Numbered from the stretch's first letter, positions 51,301 through 64,000 are shown. The stretch: 64,000 nt of DNA from Phaeosaccion multiseriatum (GCA_965112735.1 OZ218950.1:6882001-6946000); one strand, 5' to 3'. Numbers and translations: made by a program. Notes: generated from the sequence alone by a model not told the origin.

Positions 51301-53469
51301 TGCGTGTTGGTTGTACAGGGTCGAAGCGATGGTATGCCTCTCAAGTCAGCCAACATGGTGATGCCGCTTGCCTACGCCATCACCAGCGCCATTGTAGGCA
51401 CGCAGAGCGTCATTCAGGCCAAGTACGTGCGGACATGCGGCAGTTGTGATACTATAGCACTTGGTGATACAGCAGCAGTTGTGATACTATAGCACTGGTT
51501 ATACAGCAGCAGTTGGTGACACAGCAGCGTGCGTAGTGAGCATGTGAAGGAATCAATCGACTACCCCACTCATCCACCCCCCCCTCCTCCTCCACCCCCA
51601 ACAGATGCCTGAGCGAGATCATCTCTTCCTCCGTGCGGAGAGGGGAAGCTACCTACGTGGACCCCTTTGTAACTGCCGTGCTCTGTGTGTGGCTGCTGAG
51701 CACTGCCTTCTGGCTCGTGCGCATGAACAGGGCATTACGAATGTTCCACGGTTTGTTCATCATTCCCGCTTTGCAGGTCTTTTGGACCTTCTTCTCCGTG
51801 CTGGGGGGCGGTGTGTACTTTCAAGAGTTTCACGAGTAAGTGGGGAGGAGGGACGGCAGCAGATGGATAGATGGATGGATGGCAGAGGAGGGAGGGATGG
51901 ATGGAAGGATGCCAATGGATGGCGCTTGGCCTTAGGACGCCCGGGAGGGGGAGTGGATGGGACTGCTTGGGGCTGGGGCTGAGGATGGCTCCATCTTACA
52001 TCCGACTGGACCTTTACAAAGAAAGAGGGGCGAGGTTTCTCATCCTTCTCCACTCGGAACCCCACCACCACCTCCTCCTCCTCCCTCCCTCATCCTCCCT
52101 CCTCCTCCCCCTCCTCCTCCTCCCCCTCCTCCTCCTCCTCCTCCCCCTCCTCCTCCTCCTCCTCCTCCTCTTCCTCTTCCCCCGCCTCCTCCCTCCTCCC
52201 CCTCCTCCTCCTCCTCCTCCTCCTCCTCCTCCTCCTCTTCCTCTTCCCCCTCCTCTTCCACCCACCCCCCCTGCACACACACACATACAGCCAAAGCGCC
52301 ATGGAGTGTCTGGGCTTCAGCCTCGGCGTGTGCATCGTATTCACCGGTGTGTACATGCTCGCTCCCCGCACGGAGCTTGTGGTGGAGAAGGTGGGCGGAG
52401 GCGGAGACGGAGTAGGAGTTGGGGGGTTATTAGATACCCAAGGTGGCAGTGGTGGTGGTGGTGATGACGAGGGTGTGGACGAAGGTGGTGGCAGGCCCCT
52501 GGAGCGGACGTACAGCCTCAGACACCATCATGATGAGGAGGAGGGTCTGCTGCTGCTGCCGCTCAGCCATTCCACTGCGGTGCCGGGACAAGGGCGGTTA
52601 TACCACAAGAAGAGGGGCAAGAAGGTGAAAGGAGGGCAAGGAGGGAGGGGAAGCTTTGATCCATTTGAGGTGGATGAGCCCTTTGGAGAGGGAGAGAGAG
52701 ACAGAGACGACTTGCTGTCGGAGGAAGAGCTCGAGGCCGGCGATGAGACGATTGACTGGTGAGTGATGAGTGGGTAGGGAGGGAGGGAGGTGATGAGTAG
52801 GGGCGTGAGTGAGTGAGTGAGTGAGTGAGTGAGTGAGTGAGTGAGTGAGTGAGTAAGTGGGTTGGTGGGTTGGTGGTTCGCTTGTTTGTTCCTGCGTGTC
52901 TTTGAACCGGTTGCGCAGTGCGAACTGACTCCAGCGTGGTATAGTGTGTGTGTGCGTGCGTGTGTGCGTGCGTGTGTGTGTGTGTGTGTGTGCGTGTGTG
53001 TGTGCGCGCGCGCGTGTGTGTGTGTGGCCGTCTTGTCCCTCCAATCTTTGAATAACAAACCAAACAAACCCAACCTCACCCCCTCCCCCCCCCCCTCCCC
53101 TCTGCGCCCTTACACCAGGCAACACACACGCATGCTGAGTCTAGGCTTCTTCCCCTCCATCACCACCGACGAGGACATGCGGCAATTCGTACAACCCTTC
53201 TCACCCAACACTGTGGTCAATCGCATCGGCGAGTGGGTCGATGGTCGTCGCCAAGGCCAGGGGCAGGGCCAAGGACAGGGGGAGGGGCGAGAAGCCTTTG
53301 ACAGCGCATCGTCGCAAGTCGAGGGAGGGGTTGGAGCACCACCATCGCCAGTGGGAGGAGGGGACAATGGCTTCAGCTTCAGTGGTGGTGGTGATGGTGG
53401 TGGTGGTGATGGTGGTGGTGGTGGTGTCGAGATGGTGCACGCGGCGTTCAGACCTGCTTGGCAGGAGCC

Positions 53470-53505
<36 letters not shown>

Positions 53506-53983
53506 CCACGAAGAAGACCACCGCCGGCACCAGCAGGAGGCCAGGAACGGCGGTGCCGACCTGGGCCACGCCTTCCTGTTGTCCGACGACGGCTTTGGTT
53601 ACTTGCCGTCACCGTCGGATGAAAGGGAAAACTCCTCCTTCAGAGGGGTGAGAGGGGTGGGAGTCGATAAGGCTAAGCGAACACCGGAGGCAAGCCCACC
53701 CCAACCACAGCACCCTTCTGATAATCACAGTCACACTTACGGCCGAGGAGGGGGAGGGGTTGGAGGTGGCCGAGGAGGAGGAGGAGGAGGGAGGGGCGAA
53801 GGCTTCGGCGTATCATCCCACCACAGTGACAGCCTGCTCGGGCACCAGAGAGGGGGGCAAGAGGGGCGAGGGGGGGGGGCGCAGCAGGGGGAAGGACGAG
53901 GGGCTGCGTCTGCTTCTGCCAAGCCCACTTCACTCCCCGCAGGTGCAAAGAGGAGGTGGGGTAGAGGCAGGATGAGTTCATGA
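48378..53983 (+). CDS. NIPA-family magnesium transporter; multi-exon
   Basis: 'IGASINIFGSVCINLGTNLMKLSH', 'VWYLG..LVLGSLMNFASMGFAAQSLLACLGSVQFVSNV', 'AIVGTQSVIQAK|CLSE', 'FWLVRMNRAL...IIPALQVFWTFFSVLGGGVYFQEF', 'FSLGVCIVFTGVYMLAP'. Confidence 0.92.
50133..50590. repeat. Minisatellite, 9 copies of a ~40-56-bp unit with core CATGCCAATAGG and GA tracts, in a NIPA intron
   Basis: Direct reading; length variation lies mainly in the (GA)n part. Confidence 0.95.
51440..51528. repeat. ~5 tandem degenerate copies of the dispersed motif, reverse orientation (CAGTTGGTGATACAGCAG)
   Basis: Direct reading in a NIPA intron. Confidence 0.85.
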
Positions 53984-54446
53984 AAGATTAGCTTACATCG
54001 TGTGAGATGGCTACAAAAAAAGAAACGCAAATTCAAGGCTCTTCAATTATAAATCAAGCGGTGCTCGCGCTTGTGGGAGCCCTCAGACCACTCGGATTTG
54101 AGTAGCAGAGAGGTTTCATTCTCTGGGATCCCCCACCCATCCACCCACCAGCCCACTCATCCACCCCCCGCTTGCTCTCTCTCCGTCACTCTCATGGTGG
54201 CCACAGGCGAATCAAATGCCCCCCCCCCCTCCCCGCTCTTTGACTGCCATCTCATCTTCCGAATCGGAACACAAAACGAACAGGGCGGGTGTGCATCGCT
54301 GTGTGGTCTGCCACGCTGCTTCTTTGGTTAGCATTCTCAGACAGCCATCTCATCTCCCCCCCTGCCCCCCCCCTTTGATTGCCATCTCCACCTTCCTTAG
54401 AGTGCTATCCCAGTCTCAAAGGCCGCCACTAAAGCGTCATCTCGGT

Positions 54447-54537
54447 CTCACTTGTTGCCCATGGACTGCCATCACCCATCTCACTTGTTGCCTATGGACT
54501 GCCATCACCCATCTCACTTGTTGCCCATGGCTGCCAT
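54447..54537. repeat. 33-bp triplication covering the last codons and stop of SGTA
   Basis: CTCACTTGTTGCCYATGG(A)CTGCCAT x3. Confidence 0.9.
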
Positions 54538-56716
54538 GAGCTTGTTGAGTACGTCAGGGTTGTCGGACGCTTGTGCGATGGCCGCGTCCATGCCCTCCTC
54601 GTTGGCGATCTTCATCAGCTTCTGCACCTGAGAAGGTCGTGAGGGGTGGGCGGGTTGGGGGGGGGGGGGGTTGGCGCACACTCATACCCATACTCCTCCA
54701 ACACAAGCCCCAGCGCAGCACACGGTAAATCCATGAGACTTCATGCTCGGACATCCACGCACCCACACACGCACCCACACTCACACACCCACCCACACCC
54801 TCGCAGCCACACCCATTCACCACCCACACACACCCACACCCACACCCCCACACCCAAATACCTCTGGGTCTGAGGCCGCGCTCATGTCCATTCCCTGCCC
54901 TCCACCGCCTCCGCCTCCGCCTCCCGCTCCACCCATCATGCCCATGAGGCTCGACAGGTCCGGCATCCCTCCTCCTCCTCCTCCTCCTCCTCCTCCTGCT
55001 CCTGCTCCTGCTCCACCCATGCCACCCATGCCCCCCATCATGTTCATTGCCTGCTGCATCTTAGCAGGGTCCGACATCATGTTCTTTGCCATCTCCATCA
55101 TTTGCTGTCGTGGGGTGAGAAAGGGGAGGAGGAGGAGGAGAATGAGGAGGAGAAGAACAACAACAACAGCCACGACAAGAAGGAGGAGAAGCAGAGCATA
55201 TGGTGAACGAGAATAGTTAGGCGGTCCCATATTGGACACCCTCCCTCCCTCTCTCCTTCCATCTCCTTCCCTCTCTCCTTCCATCTCCTTCCCTCCTTCC
55301 CTCTCTCCTTCCGCCTCTCCCTCTCTCCTTCCCTCTCCCTCCCGCCCTTCCTTCTTCTGCCTTCCCTTTCCCTCCCTCCCTCCCTCCCTTCCTCCCTTCC
55401 TCCCTCCTTCCCTCCCTCCTTCCCTCCCTCCTTCCCTCCCTCCCTCCCTCCCCTAGCCACTCACCGGGTTTTTCATCATATTCTGTGCCGCTTGCATCAT
55501 GGCAGGGTTCTTCATCAAGCCTGCTAGCCCACCGGGGGGCATGCCTCCTCCTGCCCCTCCCGCCCCGCCCATCATGCCTGCCAAGGCAGAGAGGTCAGGC
55601 ATCCCTCCTGCCCCTGCTCCTCCGCCCATCCCTCCTCCTCCTCCAGGGGCGGCTGATCGATGCGGCGCAGTGAGCAGATACGGATAGTAAAGAGGGGCGG
55701 GGAGAGAAGGGTAGAGGGTATATATGGGAGGTTCAGACACACTTTCATCGAAAAGAAGCCTTTTTTTTTCATTCGGCTGTCCTTGCACAGACACGCACAC
55801 GCATACGCACACACATGCTCACACACAAAATGTTCTCACCTCTCGACGCCGGCTTCTTGCTCTCCTTCCTCGCTTGGTCCAGAGCCTTCTTGTTTGACTG
55901 TGTGGAGAGAGAGGGAGGGGAGAGACAAGGCAGGGAGGGAAGTGTAAATACCAGACACAGAAACCAAAGCAAAACTTCCAAGACTTCTCTTTCATCTCAA
56001 CCCTTTCACCGCAATTCGAAGTCCTCAACTCCCCAACTCCTTACCCTCCCGTCTACCACCCCCTCCCCCCCCCTCCCCACTCCCTCCCCACTCACGCTGT
56101 TGGCCGGGTCCAGGTCCACAGCCTTTTCGTAGGCCTTAATGGCAGCAGGGTAGTCCTTCTGCTGAAAGAAGGCGTAGCCCAGTCTGCTGTAGGCCTTGAC
56201 GTACTCGTCGTTGAGGTCGATGGATGCGAGGCAATCGGTCACGGCATCATCGTAGTTCCCTTGGTAGCAGCGCGAGGCGGCGCGGTTGCAGAGGTAGATA
56301 TGGCTGCTGGGGCCTGAGGGTGGAGGTGAGGGTGGGGGGTGAGGAGAGGAGAGGAAGAGAGGGTGGTAGGGGGGGGCGGGGTGGGTGAGGAGGAGGAGGA
56401 GGAGGAGGAGGAGGAGGAGGAGGAGGAGGAGGAGGAGGAGTGTAGGCTAAGATGATGTCATTAATGATGTGACTACGGACCTTCGGGGCTGAGTTCGATG
56501 GCCTCTGAATAGGCCTTCTCTGCGGTGGCAAAATCGTTCTGCTGGAACGCGGTATTGCCCTGTGTGTGCGTGGACAAACACGGACATACGGACGATGGAT
56601 GGATGGATGGATGGCCAGGAAAAGGAGGGAGAGAGGGAGAGAGAGGGAGGAAGAGAGAGGGAGAGAGAGGGAGGAAGAGAGAGGGAGAGAGAGAGAGGAG
56701 ACAGAAAGAGAAAGAA

Positions 56717-56778
<62 letters not shown>

Positions 56779-58270
56779 AGAGAGAGAGAGAGAGAGAGAG
56801 AAGAGGCGGAGAAACCGGGGGGGGGATCTCAATTTACCCATCATCTCCTTGCTTGTTTGACCCCACTCCTCACCACACCCCCCCCCTTGCCCTGCTTGGC
56901 ATGGCATGTTCTTGGCCACCCAAAGCTCAGTCTCATAGCCATCGCTATCAAACGTGTCAAAACCACTACCACCATTACCTGCCCTTGGCTGCTGCTTAAC
57001 TCCTTGTCCGACTACCGACTGCTGTCCTGTCTTCTGTCTGCCTGTCTGCCTCACTCACCCTTGTTTTGGCTTCGTCTGCCTTCTCCTGCCTCGCCTCCTC
57101 TGACAGACCCGCCCCCTTGCCCCCCCCCGCAGCAGCGTTGCCCGACGACCCTCCGCCCGATGCGCTGATCTGTGCAGGTGAGGAAGGGGTTTCAATTTCA
57201 GTTGAATATGCACTCACCCAATATGCATATGCCTACTCACTCACTCACCCACCCACTCACCCACTGACTCACTCACGCACTCACTTCGTCCCTCCCTCCT
57301 TCCCACACGCACTCACTCACTGACTCCCCCACTCCCTCATGCACAAACTCACTCACGCACTCACTCTCTCACTCACTCACTCACTCACTCACTCACTGAC
57401 CTTGGCATTGAACTTGTCTACGACGAGACAGTAGCGCTCCAGGTAGCCTGGCGTACCCTCCTCGTAATCGGTGAACACACCCTTATTCTTGACGGTCGTG
57501 AGGAACGTCTGAGGAAGAGGGAGGAAGAGGGATATATAGGGGATGAGAGGGAGAGAGAGGGGGAGACGACAAGGAGTGGCCGCACAGATGAACGCGAGCC
57601 GTGTGCGATGGGGGCAAGAAGAGGAGGGATACAGCGAGGCGGTGGGGCGAGAGAGCCACAAAAGCGGGAGGGGTTGGAGGGTGACCGATGTACCAGACGT
57701 AGAGGTAGCTGTCGTTTCGTAGACAGAGAGTTACAGAGACCCCGCCATCCTCTCCAACGGTATCTGGCCGTGGAGCCCACGCAGAAGAGCCAACAGCAGT
57801 CGCAGAGAGTTCCACAGACGACGGCGCTACGGCCCCAACATTCCCTTTCCTTCGCAAAATCCTCCGCCTACTTGCTGTACTTCCTGGACCAGTCCTAAGC
57901 ACCAGGTCACCCAGCTTGTGCATCTGTCTTGCTGCTTGCTCCATCTCTATCCCTTCTCGCAACCTCTTCATCCCCCCCCCCTCACCTGAAAGACGTCGTT
58001 GCTCTCAAGATCCTCGTGCTGCTCGGCGATGCTCTTCGCCTCTAGTGACTCAATACCAGCCCCCAGTATCTCAGGCAGACTAGCCGGCGCGTAGGACAGC
58101 TGAACCCGCTGCTCTACGTCGCCCCGGTCCACTCCAAAGGCAGAGGTCAAAGCCGCCATAGCTTGCGCAATTTGCTCGGCCTTGGCGCCCTCTGCCTCCT
58201 TGGAGCAGCCATTCAGGAAGTCCAGCATGGCCATCACGACCTCCCCCTCCGACGCATCATCCGAAGCCAT
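54514..58270 (-). CDS. SGTA: SGTA/Sgt2 TPR co-chaperone (GET pathway); multi-exon
   Basis: N-terminal dimerisation-like 'AMLDFL...LTSAFGV'; TPRs 'KADEAKT|GNTAFQQNDFATAEKAYSEAIEL', 'YLCNRAAS', 'YVKAYSRLG'; C-terminal 'MPDLS', 'MKNPAMMQAAQNMMKNP' STI1-like region. Confidence 0.92.
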
Positions 58271-58400
58271 GGGTTAGTAAGGGAGGGCTAAAAATGGAGA
58301 AAAAAAATGGCGCGGGCGATCATCCGCGGGCCGCACGGCGAGTGTTGGCCATCCACTGCCATCCTGATGTCTCCTTCCCGCGCTCCTTCCCGCGTCCTAC

Positions 58401-61400
58401 TACGTTCACCACCTTCCTCAATGAAGAGCATTGAGGTGATTGATATGTCCCTCTCTTCCGATGAGGAGGAGGAGGGTCAGAGTCGGCGACGACCGGCGGC
58501 TCCACCGCCGCCTCCGCCGCCAGCAGAGGGAGGAGGAGAAGGGAAAGGAGGAGGAGAAGAGGGGCATAGAGAAACGCTTATTTTAGACTTTGAGCGCACT
58601 GCAGAGGCGCTACTTGCGTCCCTCGACGGAGACGCGGCGTCTGATCCTGCGCGCCAAGGCCAGGAGTTCCAAGAGAAAGCCATCCGCTTCCTTCTTGACA
58701 GTGAGCAGCGACTTTTGCAACTGAATCAAGAGAAGGAGGGGCAACACAGACACGGCCACTGGTGCTGTCGCTATCCGGAGGTGAGGATGGGGTGGGGATG
58801 GGGGGTATGGGCATGGTCTTCTTTGAGGGACCGGTGAGTTAGGGATTAATAAGGGGGTTTTACTTTTGCTGCTCTCCCCCCCCCCCTTCCCCTCCATCTC
58901 GCCGGGTTGCCTCTCCATGATGGCTACGCGCGCACCGCACGACGCACTCAGACAAGAAACCCCTCCCCCTCCCCTCCTGCGTGCCCCTCCCCCCCTCCCC
59001 ACGTTCACCAGCTTATCTCCGAGCTCTTGCCGTGCCTGGATGAGATGCCCGATCGCCGGGAGGAGCAGAAGAAACCTGCTGGTGCCACTGCCTGTGATAG
59101 TGGGGCGGGCCAGGTGCAGAGGCTATGGGAAGGTTTGACGCGACAGCTCAGGACTTGCCGGAGCTGTGTAGATGAGTACCATGCAGGTAAAGCAGAGGCC
59201 TAGGGAAGGGCAGAGGTTGGTCGATGCCCTCCTTTCTTCTTCATGCACAAAAAATACTGCTCCTCCTCCCTCTGAACGCCAGTAGCCCCCCCCCCCACCC
59301 CCCCCCTCCTTCTCCTCCCTTCCCTCTTCCCTGCTTGGCGGCGCTCCTTGTGCACCCCAGCCAAATGGAAGATGGGACAGCGCCTGGGGAACGACTTTGA
59401 AGCAGCTTCGGTGGCCCAATTCATGTCCCACTTAAGGGCAATGGACCAGGACCGACTCTTGTGGGCGTTTCGGGAGGCACGATCAAGGCTGCAGTGCCTA
59501 CACAATGACTCAGAGGAAGGCGTCGCGAGCAGCACTAGCAGTGGTGGTGCAAGCAGCGGGGATAAGAGGAGAGACGAGAAGGAAGAGAAGGAAGAGAAGG
59601 AAGACATCCTCTGTGCGAATTCCGCCGCCTTCTATGAGGTGCTCACGCACCCGCATCAGCTGCTCGGGGGTGCTTGTGTGGCTGAGGGGCGCGGAGGGGA
59701 GGGGGAGGAGGAAGAGGCTGGCATGGCTTTGGAAGCAGCAGCAGCAGCAGCAGCAGGGGGGGGGGGGAGCAGGAACGAACCGGGAGGGGAAGGCCCTTGA
59801 GGAGGCGTTCATTCAGCTTGCGACATTTGCCAGCGGCGTTCGTGGTGTGTGGCGTGGGAGAAGGAAGCAGGGATGCAAGCAGGGGGGTGGCGGGTATTCC
59901 AGCATTGGCGACGGCGTTCGATTTTCAACAGGGGGGGGAGCAGGGGGGGCCTCTGCTCAAGACAAGAGGTTGTGGAAGGATATGGGCATGATAGCCGACG
60001 AAGACGACGACAAGGGGGAGGAGGACAAAGAGGAGGAGGAGGAGGAGGAGGGGAGGGAAAAGAAGGACGGAGGTGTGCAAAAGGAAGGAGGAGAGAGAGG
60101 AGAAGAACGAGGAGGAGGTGGGGGCGGGGAGAGGCTGCCAGGCTTCTACTACCTCCTTATGAGTGACGACATGCGAGTGCGGGGCTGGGCCAAGATGGCT
60201 TCAGCGAGGGTCGGGCGCATCAGCGAAGACCACTACGCAAGGGTGCGTCCTGTCGTGGAGAGATGGATTGCACAAGCGGATCTGTTTGCCTCGGGTTCGA
60301 GCCCCGATAAGCTGATGGTGAGTGAGAGAAGAAGGCTGGGAGGGTTAGGGAGTAAGGGGAGGGCCAGAGAGCGTGGAAGCACGGGATGGAGGGAGGGAAG
60401 GGGACGAGAAAGGGAGGTGCACGCGCAGGAACGAGAAGAAGAGATGATGCCTTTCAAGTTTCCCCTTCACCCCTCCTTCGATGCCTGCTTCCTCCTGCCT
60501 CCATGTCTCTCTCTCCCGCCCCCCCCCCCCCCTCTACCCCCATCCACTGCCATCCTCTCAGTTTTGGGTGGCTCTGGAGCATGTCATGGGCCTCATGGTC
60601 AGGAACCTCGTCTTGTCGCTCGCTCGAAGCGCACCGGCCCTAATGGATGCTCTCATCAACTCGCTCGACCTATCATCATCATCATCATCATCACCAAGAC
60701 CGACAGGGGGAGGGGCAGTGATGACGATGCTTCCCTCTGCGCCCTTCCTCCTTGTCGTGGAAAAGTGCCTCGACCGCTTCTTGAGCGAGTTGGGGACGCA
60801 CTTCTTCGTCCACTGCACCTTTTCTCCCTCGTCTGTGCTGGTCACTCTACGCTTACTCTGTCAGCAGCAGCGCCAACACGGAGGGGGGGCGGGGCGGCTG
60901 CCTGTGGTGCTTGGTGCCATCCGCTTGCTGCCTGTCTTCTCAAGGGCCTGTGAAGCGCTTGACTGGGACGGTGAAGCGGGGGAGCGGGAGGGGGGGGGGG
61001 GGGGGGGGGGGGGCATCACCTTTTGAAGGGGAGGGAGGGCGGCCTGCTCCACCCGTACTTGACCCAGAATAGCGGCGACTCGACGACACCAAAGCAGGGG
61101 CGACAAAGGCAAAGGCAGAGGCAAAGCTGCACCGACCTCGTTCTTGCTCTCATCGTGAAAGAGCTTGATCTGCTTGCCGCTGGAGCACCAACACCCGCAG
61201 CAGGAGCAGCCAGATCAGCACGAGGGGGAGGGGGCAAAAGACCGGGTATGCATGTCCTCGAGCTGAGGAGAGCGCTCATTGCTATTCTGTCGCGGTGCTA
61301 CGAGGAAGCGGGGCCGTCTTCCGAGGGTACTCACTCTGCCTCACCCTCTGAGTGGACGTCAGCTGCCTTCCCCGCTCAGTGGCCCATGGGCTCGGTGGAG

Positions 61401-64000
61401 ATGTGGGGCCCTGTCTTGGGAGGCATAGCAGGGGACCGCGGCGGTGCTGAAGCTACTGCTGCTGTATCACCAACGGCTGCTGCTGGAAGCGCCGGAGCCT
61501 CGACTGCAGCTGCTGCAGATGCCTTGGCGGGTGCAGAGGGCGAGGTGGTGGTGTCTGCGTGTGAGTGCATCGCTAGTGTGCTTGAAGCTCACCTGGGGGT
61601 CGTGCAGGCAGAGCTCCATGCCGCCCTCAGCGGAGAGAGGGGGGGCGGTGGCAGTGGATGGGCGGCAGGGGCAGGGGAAGGGGAAGGGACAGGGGTGGCG
61701 CAGGCGTCACAAGCACAGAAGCGCCAACAGGAGGCCTTAAGCCGCCTTCTGCCTCTCTGCAAGCCCCTACTCGCCTCCCTCTGCGTGCACACGCCGCCTC
61801 TCCTCCTTCCCGGAGATGTGCACCTGACATTGATGCAGACGCACGCTGCCTTGGCGCTCCTTCCTCTGGACCAAAACGTTCTTGTGTTGGCAGGACTTGA
61901 CGCCACAGCGACTCGAACAGCCGGGCTGATGCGTCCCTTGGTGCTGGAGGAGCTCAGTCGCTACTTCCTACCCTATTTAGACAAGCTCACCGAGGCTGCT
62001 GCCAAGACCAGCTCGTGCCAACAACCATCGAGAGGGAGCGGGGGCGGTGAAGGGGAACTTGTTTTGACGCCTGCGCGCTCCTCGCCGTTACGGGACGAGA
62101 GGATCGGGGCGTGCTTCTTCCTGTGCCTGCTCACTTCTGAGCGGCGGGTCAGAGAGGGGCTTTTGAGGTTGCTGGACGCCACCCTCGGTCTCTGCCACCA
62201 GGGTGAGCAGTTGGTGATACAGCAACAGCAGCAGCTGCAGCAGCAGCAGGGGGCGTGGCGACACCAAATGAAGCAGCAGGGGAGCAAGCAGAGAGGGGGA
62301 TTTGTGGCGGCTTCTCCTCCACCAACAGACCCGGCAGTCTCCCTCCCCTTGCTGGCCTCACATTTTCCTTCCGTGGGCAAGGCTTTGTGGCTCGGCGGTG
62401 TGCTCAAGTACCTTCAGACCAACCTGTGCACCACGGCACCGAGGCCGCAGCTGTCGTTCTCGAGCTGGAGGGGCTTCTTTGAGATGGTTTCTGCCCTCTT
62501 ACCTTCATTGACTGCGCTGCTCAAGAAGGACGAGAGGGAGGAGGGGAGGAGGGGGAAGCGCAAGGAGCAACGGAGGCAGCAGTTGGTGGTACAGCGCGAG
62601 CAGCGGCGACAGCGGCGGTTGGAGGAAGCAGACACTAGTGGTGATGGGGATGGTGAGGAGGAGGATGAGGGAGGTGATGAGGACTCGGAGTCCGACCCAG
62701 ACGAAATACACAGGTATACAGTGACTGACGTGGTCCGCCTGCTGTGGTCTGCCATCAAGGACACAGTGCTGCGAGAGGCTCTTGTCGTGCATAGAGAGCA
62801 GCACCGCTCGAGGCTGAGTGATACCTTTGTGAAGCTCTTCAAACTGCTGACGGAGCTGTGGGTGCTGTCCAATAGAAGGAGGCTTATCCTGCCGGGCCTT
62901 CTCGCAGAGAGGGAGGACTGGGCCAGAGTGCTGCTTGCGTGGATTGCTCCAATTCAACTGCAGCTGCAGCCGTCGGTGGTACAGCAGAAGCAGCAGAAGA
63001 GGCAGGGACCACCGGACGTAGCCGAGGGGGGGGAGCTTCCCATGGACGTGAGGAAGGGGGCAGCCGCCTTCGGAGAAGCCATGCTGCTCACCTTGGACAA
63101 GCTGGGCCTGCTCGAGCCCACAAGCAACCTCCGGATGGGCGGCAGGGCAGGGGAGACCTTCCGCCTGCTACGCCTCACCACCGAGCGGCTCATGGGCACG
63201 GTGCTTGTACCCTCAACGCCGCCTGGCTCTCCCAGTGGTGGTGGTGGTGGCGGTGGTGGTGGTGATGGTGGTGGTGGTGGAGGAGGAGGAGGAGGAGGAG
63301 GAGGTGGTGGTGGTGGTGGTGGTGGTGGTGCAGCTCTGGAGGTTCTTGTTGACCATGAAGCTGACGGTGAGGAGGATGATGATGATGACGATGGTGACGT
63401 GCAGATCATTGAGTCTCCCTCGTCAAGAGGTGCGCCCAGTCCAACGAAAGCCCTCAAGTCTGGACAGCAGAGCATCGCGCATTTGAGGAAGAGAAAGCGT
63501 GTTGGTGCTGGGCTTGCTGCTAGATCACCACCTGCTGTTGCTGCTGCTGCTACTTTTTTGGGAGCTACGAAGAAGAAGAATGGAAGCCAGGTAAACCAGC
63601 AGGCGAGAGGCCTGGCGGAGAATGGAAGCAGCCGGTGGTTGCAGGAGCAGTTGGTAGTACAGCAGCAGGGGCGAGAGGAGAGGAAGAAGGGCGAGGAGGA
63701 CTGGAGGGCATTTTCTCAAACGTGCCACAGCCCCTTCTGCAGCAACGAAGCCACCCACGGCTTTATCGTGCTCTCCTCGAGTGCCTCGAGCGGCAGCAGA
63801 GGGGCTGGCAGAGACAGAGACAGAAACAGAGGCGTTGCTGGGGGGGGAGGAGGCTTGGGAGGAGAGGAGGACGCCCACTGCGTGCAAGTACGCTATTGCG
63901 CAGAGCACAAGAAGCTACGGATGGTGGACAAGCGACAGTGGGAGAGGGACAAGCAGAGGCGGAAGGAGGCAAAGGAGGACAGCAAGAGGAGGAGCAGAGC
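58401..64000 (+). CDS. 5' part of a Sen1/senataxin-like helicase (Sen1 N-terminal domain), running off the window; two apparent frameshifts in poly-G runs
   Basis: 'HWCCRYPE', 'LTRQLRTCRSCVDEYH', 'FYEVLTHPHQLL', 'LPGFYYLLMSDDMRVRGWA' fit the remembered Sen1_N pattern. The helicase core is not in the window. In-frame upstream ATG at 58307. Confidence 0.75.

Noticed and set aside
60291-60307. tRNA T-arm-like hairpin TCGGG-TTCGAGC-CCCGA
   Set aside because: No acceptor stem or anticodon arm can be formed, and it lies in a Sen1-like coding exon.

Overview
Gene-dense, GC-rich, intron-rich eukaryotic nuclear DNA full of microsatellites. It is most likely from a photosynthetic stramenopile (ochrophyte), inferred from bipartite plastid-targeting presequences and a flagellar CFAP36-like gene. 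Spliced genes in order: CFAP36-like (3' part), small DUF1279-like protein, plastid-type oligopeptidase A, SNIP1, a CGL160/AtpI-guanylate-kinase-like fusion, CCDC124, XRCC3, a MITE-disrupted ankyrin pseudogene, a hypothetical protein, RPL27, a head-to-head pair of 5S rRNA genes, a CRAL-TRIO protein, D-glutamate cyclase, an EF-hand protein, a NIPA Mg transporter, SGTA/Sgt2 and the 5' part of a Sen1/senataxin-like gene. Most notable observations: (1) a dispersed ~18-bp DNA motif (GCTGTRYCACCAACTGC) found in both orientations in introns, intergenic DNA and exons read in different frames; (2) the AtpI/CGL160-pseudo-guanylate-kinase fusion; (3) the divergent 5S pair with a shared upstream 12-mer; (4) introns whose two ends are complementary simple repeats; (5) a small MITE family. 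All gene models were built by eye from GT-AG sites and remembered family motifs; no database search was run.
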